A stretch of DNA of 64,000 bases from Candidatus Latescibacterota bacterium (lineage in GTDB: Bacteria; Latescibacterota; UBA2968; GCA-2709665): the NCBI GenBank assembly GCA_965219995.1, contig CBDCOX010000002.1:800001-864000 (forward strand), read 5' to 3'. Made by a program: the position numbers and the translations under genes. The notes beneath the pieces are model-generated. The model did not search any database, was not told where the DNA came from, and worked only from the letters and a program-made list of their open reading frames with translations. Below are positions 58,509-64,000 of this stretch, in pieces (the first letter of the stretch is position 1; each line of letters starts with the position of its first letter).

Positions 58509-59903
58509 ATGAGAAAATATGAAGCCGCTGACGGCTACCGGGGGATCTGGTGGTGGGACACGCCCGCGGACAACGAGTACAAATACGTCTATTACAGTGG
58601 AGGATTTGCAACCTACACCGCCAAACACATTCCGCTGGCCTATTATTCCGAACCCGCGCACAAGACGTTTTTCTGCTACGGGGGGACGTACAGGGACAGG
58701 AACCGGATCCTTGCCATGGTCTCCTATTACGATCACGCTACCGGGACGGTCCCGCGGCCGACCGTCCTGATGGACAAGGGCACGGCAGACGCGCACGACA
58801 ACCCGGTGCTGATGCTTGACGACAAGGGCTTTATCTGGGTCTGTGTGAGCGCACACGGCACCGTAAGGCCGGCGTATATTTTCAAGAGTGAAGACCCCTA
58901 TTCCGTGGATGCATTCCAATGTGTGCAGAAGACGAATTTCTCTTATCCTCAGCCGTGGCATATTCACGGCCGGGGATTCCTGTTTCTGCACACCCGGTAC
59001 CTGGGCGGCCGGTTTCTCTACATGCAGAACAGCACGGACGGGACGAGCTGGTCCGAACCCAGGGTCTTATCGAGAATCCGCCAGGGGCACTACCAGGTCA
59101 GTTGGCGCGCCGGAAAGCGGGTCGGCACCGCGTTCAACTACCATCCTGTCAAGAAGCCGGGGCCACCCAGGACCAACCTGTATTACCTGCAGACCGACGA
59201 TTTCGGTGAAACCTGGAAAAGTGCCGCGGGTGAGCGGTTGGACCTCCCCCTGGAATGTCCCCGTAACGACGCGATTGTCCACGACTACGAGCGGGAAGGC
59301 CTTCAGGTATTCGTAAAGGACCTGAATTTCGACGCTCAAGGCCATCCCGTCATCCTGATTCTGGCCAGCCGGGGGATGGAGACCGGTCCCGAAAACGACC
59401 CGCGCGTCTGGATGACGGTACGGTGGACGGGCAATGCCTGGATGATCCGAGAGGCATTCCGGTCCGACAATAACTACGACGCCGGGGGATTGCACGTCGA
59501 AACGGATGGGACGTGGCGGATTATCGCGCCGACGGAGACAGGTCCGCAGCCCTACAATACCGGCGGTGAGGTGGCGGTGTGGACCAGCGGCGATGAAGGC
59601 GACACGTGGGAGAAAGCCCGGCTGGCAACCGCGAACAGCATCTACAATCACACCTATGTGCGCCGGCCGGTAAACGCCCACCCGGAATTCTATGCCTTCT
59701 GGGCGGATGGACACGCGCGGCAGCAGTCTGAATCCCGTCTGTATTTCTGCAACAACACGGGCGAGCACGTCTTCCGGTTGCCGTCCCTGATGTCCGGGGA
59801 CCGCCAGAAACCGGAGAGGGTGGTCCCACTCACGGACGCGGAGGCTCCCGGAGAGGCCGGCGACGCGGACTCCGGCCGAAACTCAGGAAAGGTGGAGCGA
59901 TGA
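58509..59903 (+). CDS. BNR-4 repeat beta-propeller protein (possible carbohydrate lyase/hydrolase)
   Basis: DAHDNP, FSYPQP, Asp-box motifs [23 protein letters not shown]. Confidence 0.75.
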   Translation: MRKYEAADGYRGIWWWDTPADNEYKYVYYSGGFATYTAKHIPLAYYSEPAHKTFFCYGGTYRDRNRILAMVSYYDHATGTVPRPTVLMDKGTADAHDNPVLMLDDKGFIWVCVSAHGTVRPAYIFKSEDPYSVDAFQCVQKTNFSYPQPWHIHGRGFLFLHTRYLGGRFLYMQNSTDGTSWSEPRVLSRIRQGHYQVSWRAGKRVGTAFNYHPVKKPGPPRTNLYYLQTDDFGETWKSAAGERLDLPLECPRNDAIVHDYEREGLQVFVKDLNFDAQGHPVILILASRGMETGPENDPRVWMTVRWTGNAWMIREAFRSDNNYDAGGLHVETDGTWRIIAPTETGPQPYNTGGEVAVWTSGDEGDTWEKARLATANSIYNHTYVRRPVNAHPEFYAFWADGHARQQSESRLYFCNNTGEHVFRLPSLMSGDRQKPERVVPLTDAEAPGEAGDADSGRNSGKVER

Positions 59904-60772
59904 AAGGCATCATTCTGTCGGGCGGGCTGGGAACCCGGCTGTACCCGCTTACGGTCTCGATTTCCAAGCAGATCATGCCCATCTTCGACAAACCGATGAT
60001 CTATTACCCGCTTTCGGTGCTGATGCTGGCCAATATCCGTGAATTCCTGATCATTTCATCGCCTGAACATATCGAGCTCTACCGGAATCTGCTCGGAGAC
60101 GGCAGCCGTCTGGGTCTCCGGTTCGACTACGCGATCCAACCGCGTCCGGAGGGCGTTGCGCAATCCTTCATCATCGGCGAGGAATTCATCGACGGCGAAC
60201 CCTGCGCTCTCATATTCGGTGACAATTTCTTCTACGGCCATGGTCTGTCGGGACTGCTGGAGCACGCGGGCAAACACGAAGAAGGCGGGCTGGTCTTCGC
60301 GTATTACGTGCAGGACCCGGAGAGATACGGTGTGGTTGAGTTCGATGATCGCATGAACGTGGTGGGCATCGAAGAGAAACCGAAACGACCCAGGTCGAAT
60401 TATGCGGTTACCGGACTTTATTTCTATGACGGAAGCGCGGTGGAGTTCGCGAAGCGACTGAAGCCGTCTGACCGGGGGGAACTGGAAATCACCGATTTGA
60501 ACAACGAGTACCTCAGACGGGACAAGCTGCGTGTTCAGTTGCTGGGAAGGGGAATTGCCTATCTCGACACGGGAACCCACGAGAGCCTGCTGGAAGCGAG
60601 CAACTTCGTACAGATTGTCGAAAACCGGCAGGGGCTCAAAATCGCGTGCCTGGAGGAAATCTCGTTTCGAAAAGGGTACATCAGCGCGCGGCAACTCGAG
60701 GACATCGCGAACTATTCGGAAGAGAACGGGTATTGTCAGTACCTGAAAAGGTTGCTGGCGACCGGGACGTGA
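59900..60772 (+). CDS. rfbA: Glucose-1-phosphate thymidylyltransferase
   Basis: [42 protein letters not shown]. Confidence 0.95.
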   Translation: MKGIILSGGLGTRLYPLTVSISKQIMPIFDKPMIYYPLSVLMLANIREFLIISSPEHIELYRNLLGDGSRLGLRFDYAIQPRPEGVAQSFIIGEEFIDGEPCALIFGDNFFYGHGLSGLLEHAGKHEEGGLVFAYYVQDPERYGVVEFDDRMNVVGIEEKPKRPRSNYAVTGLYFYDGSAVEFAKRLKPSDRGELEITDLNNEYLRRDKLRVQLLGRGIAYLDTGTHESLLEASNFVQIVENRQGLKIACLEEISFRKGYISARQLEDIANYSEENGYCQYLKRLLATGT

Positions 60773-60967
60773 CCGGCCGCAGGCCGCGACAACGGCCTCC
60801 AACCGACCGCCCGGTCACATTCGGAAGGCGATTTTCAGATCGCTCGTACCCGTGTCGGTGAAACATCCGGGATTCCACCGTCCCGCGGGATCCTGGAGCT
60901 TCTCGAAGATGTCCGGGCGGCGGATGCACGGCAACACCGTTTCGCGCAATCCCATGAAAGGCTCCCC

Positions 60968-61306
60968 ATGTCGAGGATGTTATGCATCCTGGTTGTTCTG
61001 GCGTCGTTTGTTTACTGTGGAGACGCCCCGTTGGCGCCTGAAGAGGCAATTATCGGTACGTGGAAACTGACGCTCGCGAGGGACGAGTCTGTAACGGTGA
61101 ATTACACGCTGACCTTTGAAAGGAACGGAAATTACACGTTTATCAATACGATTTTCGACGGGAGTCAGATCACGACCACCGGGGTCTGGCGAATCCAGAA
61201 CAACACACTGTTCCTCGACACCCTGGACTTCGGGTTCTCCATCGAAGAGGACGCACTGACGCTGTATGCGATAGACGGCACGGTATTCGTCTATACGAAG
61301 CAGTAG
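60968..61306 (+). CDS. Small exported lipocalin-like protein
   Basis: Hydrophobic N-terminus with Cys (possible lipobox), IIGTWKL, G.W.I...TL motifs. Confidence 0.65.
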   Translation: MSRMLCILVVLASFVYCGDAPLAPEEAIIGTWKLTLARDESVTVNYTLTFERNGNYTFINTIFDGSQITTTGVWRIQNNTLFLDTLDFGFSIEEDALTLYAIDGTVFVYTKQ

Positions 61307-61363
61307 TTTCCAGGGGGATTTCCGTTCCATGGTTCAGAACAGTGTATTTCTCCCGGAGAGGCC

Positions 61364-62740
61364 ATGCGCGTTGATCCTTCCATACGCCTGAGGGATCTGG
61401 AATCAAGTCTGAACCGGTGCTTCGAACTTGCAAGTGGCAAGATAACCTCTATTGCCGAGACATGGGATCCCGACCGAGGCGCGCCGGTGTTTACCGCGGG
61501 CGGGAAATACACCACCCGGGGCTGGACGGAATGGACGCAGGGATTCCAGTTTGGCTGTGCAATATTGCTGTTCGACGCGCTGAGGGACGCACGGTTCCTG
61601 GAAATCGGTCGACAAGGAACCGTCGACCGGATGGCCCCGCACCTGACCCACACCGGCGTGCACGATCACGGATTCAACAACATTTCAACCTATGGCAATC
61701 TCAGGCGGCTGATGCTCGACGGCGTCACCGCGCGCGATCGATGGGAAGCGGAATTTTACGATCTCGCACTAAAGGCCTCGGGGGCGGTCCAGGCGGCACG
61801 CTGGACGACAATTCGAAACGAAAAGGGGTATATTCCCTCCTTTAACGGTGCTCATTCACTGTTTTCCGATACGATCCGCACCTGCCGGTCCCTGGGGCTT
61901 GCGCACCGACTGGGCCACGTGTTGATGGGGGAGAACGACCGTCCGATTTCGCTCCTGGACCGGATGGTCCAGCACGCCGAGACGACGGCGAGGTACAACG
62001 TCTATTACGGCAGGGGGCGCGATTCCTACGACATTCGGGGCCGGGTGGCGCATGAATCGATTTTCAACGTCGCGGACGGAAACTATCGATGTCCGAGCAC
62101 ACAACAGGGATATTCACCCTATTCCACGTGGACGCGAGGTCTCGCCTGGATTCTGACGGGATACGCAGAGTTGCTGGAGTTCCTGGAGGTCGTCGATGAT
62201 GACGATCTTTCGGCCTGCGGCGGTCGAGACGACATAACGGCGTTCATGACCCGGGCGGCCACCGCCGCCGCCGATTACTTCGTCGACGGCGCATCCGCGG
62301 CCGACGGCATCCCGTATTGGGATACAGGCGCACCCGGGTTGGCCCGAATGGGCGACTATCTCGGTCGCAACGCCGATCCATTCAATGAATATGAACCCGT
62401 TGACAGTTCGGCAGCAGCGATTGCGGCGCAGGGCCTGTACCGCCTGGGAAAGTACCTTGGCGCTGAAGACGGCGCGCCGTACACGCGCGCGGCCTTAACC
62501 GTCTCGCGCACATTATTCGATTCACCGTACCTGTCGGAAGATGCAGATCACCAGGGGCTGATCCTGCATTCCGTATACCACCGGCCCAATGGATGGGACC
62601 GTTGCCGGCCGGGGCAAATCGTGCCGAACGGAGAGGCTTCGATTTGGGGAGACTATCATGCATTGGAACTGGCCGTGTTGTTGAAGCGTGAAATCAACGG
62701 GCAGCCGTACCTGACGTTTTTCGACGGCATCGACGATTAA
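61364..62740 (+). CDS. GH88 family unsaturated glucuronyl hydrolase-like protein
   Basis: EWTQGF, HDHGF, QQGY...STWTRGLAW, PYWD, VDSSAAAIAA, WGDY. Confidence 0.85.
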   Translation: MRVDPSIRLRDLESSLNRCFELASGKITSIAETWDPDRGAPVFTAGGKYTTRGWTEWTQGFQFGCAILLFDALRDARFLEIGRQGTVDRMAPHLTHTGVHDHGFNNISTYGNLRRLMLDGVTARDRWEAEFYDLALKASGAVQAARWTTIRNEKGYIPSFNGAHSLFSDTIRTCRSLGLAHRLGHVLMGENDRPISLLDRMVQHAETTARYNVYYGRGRDSYDIRGRVAHESIFNVADGNYRCPSTQQGYSPYSTWTRGLAWILTGYAELLEFLEVVDDDDLSACGGRDDITAFMTRAATAAADYFVDGASAADGIPYWDTGAPGLARMGDYLGRNADPFNEYEPVDSSAAAIAAQGLYRLGKYLGAEDGAPYTRAALTVSRTLFDSPYLSEDADHQGLILHSVYHRPNGWDRCRPGQIVPNGEASIWGDYHALELAVLLKREINGQPYLTFFDGIDD

Positions 62741-62794
62741 CCCGAACGTTCATCGGACGTTTCGATCGCGTCGCGGTCATTCGGGCGGAAGGAC

Positions 62795-63667
62795 ATGAAG
62801 CGCATTCTTAACTCAGCCGGGCGAATGATGGGGCGGATACGGGGTGCACAACCGTTTGGACTCGTACCAGGCCTGGTCCTGGCGATCGCGTTCTGCACAA
62901 CCCCTGTACATGGTGGGGAATCGAACAGGTTCGATTTCGGACCCCTCGACCGCTTGTTGGGCAGATTCGTAGATTCCCGGGGATGGGTCGACTACGCCGG
63001 TATCAAGGCCGAGCCTTCCGAACTACGGCGCCAGCTGGCACGCCTTCGGAAGATCAGCCCGGAGAGCCACCCTGGCATGTTTCCCGATCGGGAAGATCGG
63101 CTCGCATACTGGATCAATGCGTACAACGCGCTGGTGATTGCGGGAGTGGTCAATGCGTATCCCGCAACCAGCGTGAAAGACATCCACCCGCAACCAGGAT
63201 TCTTCAAGGTTTTCCACGTCGTCGGCGGCAAGTCCCTTTCATTGGACGACATCGAACACAATATCGTCCGAAAAAGGTTCGGAGATCCTCGCATCCACGC
63301 GGCTCTGAATTGCGCCGCCGCATCCTGTCCCAGATTACGACCTGAAGCCTACCGGCCCGATCGGCTCGATAGCCAGTTGGATGCCGCTGTTCGGGACTTC
63401 ATCCGCGACCCGCAGCATGTACGCATCGACCGTGAAAGCAGGACGCTGGCGCTTTCGAAAATCCTCGATTGGTTCGAAGGAGATTTCACTGGCTGGTACA
63501 AACGTACCCATCGGGTGAAAGACGCTCGAATTACGGATTATCTGATTATCCATCTTGGCGAGAAAGACCGCGCCTTTCTGCAATCGCGCCAACAGGTAGC
63601 CATTCGCTACGTACCGTACGATTGGACGCTCAACGACCGTGCGTTGCACGAGAACGCAAGTCGTTGA
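62795..63667 (+). CDS. DUF547 domain secreted protein
   Basis: VDY, LAYWINAYNA, SLDDIEH, DPRIHAALNCAA.SCP, SKI.DWF..DF, YDW.LN. Confidence 0.88.
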   Translation: MKRILNSAGRMMGRIRGAQPFGLVPGLVLAIAFCTTPVHGGESNRFDFGPLDRLLGRFVDSRGWVDYAGIKAEPSELRRQLARLRKISPESHPGMFPDREDRLAYWINAYNALVIAGVVNAYPATSVKDIHPQPGFFKVFHVVGGKSLSLDDIEHNIVRKRFGDPRIHAALNCAAASCPRLRPEAYRPDRLDSQLDAAVRDFIRDPQHVRIDRESRTLALSKILDWFEGDFTGWYKRTHRVKDARITDYLIIHLGEKDRAFLQSRQQVAIRYVPYDWTLNDRALHENASR

Positions 63668-63796
63668 GTCCGTAACGAACCAACAATATCCGTATGTCCA
63701 CGTTTCGGCAAAGACACGGTTCGAGCCGGTCTGACCGATACCAACGGCTGAGCGACGGGTATCTTCCGGTCTGACGTCAACGCAAAGGAGGGGGAG

Positions 63797-64000
63797 ATGG
63801 GAGCGGCGCCGGAACTGCTGGCGATTCAACCCCGGGATCGAACCGGGGTGTCTGGAAAACGCCCGTCGTTCGGAGCGCGTCTGAAGCGGGAAGGTGTCGA
63901 CCTCAGGCGTGAGGCACTGGAGACGCTTCAGATCAACGTGGGCAAACTTTGCAATCAGGCGTGCAGGCACTGCCACGTGGATGCCGGTCCGAACCGGACC
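63797..64000 (+). CDS. arsS: Arsenosugar biosynthesis radical SAM protein ArsS (partial, runs off window)
   Basis: ATG 63797 after a G/A-rich RBS; LETLQINVGKLCNQACRHCHVDAGPNRT with CxxxCxxC; absent from ORF track. Confidence 0.85.
   Translation, partial: MGAAPELLAIQPRDRTGVSGKRPSFGARLKREGVDLRREALETLQINVGKLCNQACRHCHVDAGPNRT

Overview
GC-rich bacterial chromosomal window from a diderm organism. The dockerin/EF-hand-tagged enzymes and catabolic gene mix suggest, by inference only, a Latescibacterota/Gemmatimonadota-like lineage. It holds about 45 CDSs and four tRNAs (Arg-TCT, His-GTG, fMet-CAT, Gly-GCC); I saw no CRISPR array, transposase or prophage. Housekeeping blocks include nrdR-nrdJ with an NrdR-box promoter, phoH-pgpH-ybeY-corC, and rnhB::yraN-hisS-aspS. 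Accessory content includes tandem heparinase II/III paralogs, a TonB-dependent receptor, a heterodimeric ABC exporter, two hydantoinase/oxoprolinase A/B pairs, many oxidoreductases, GH88 and BNR-4 enzymes, and DUF547 plus the start of arsS. The main hidden signal is that two genes split by the ORF track rejoin in frame across a single TGA followed by a SECIS-like hairpin, so they are probable selenoproteins. One is an outer-membrane beta-barrel with Sec six residues after its signal peptide (2223-3188, minus), coupled to a beta-propeller lipoprotein. The other is a thioredoxin-fold UxxC lipoprotein (20011-20607, plus). All family assignments come from motif recognition, not database searches.
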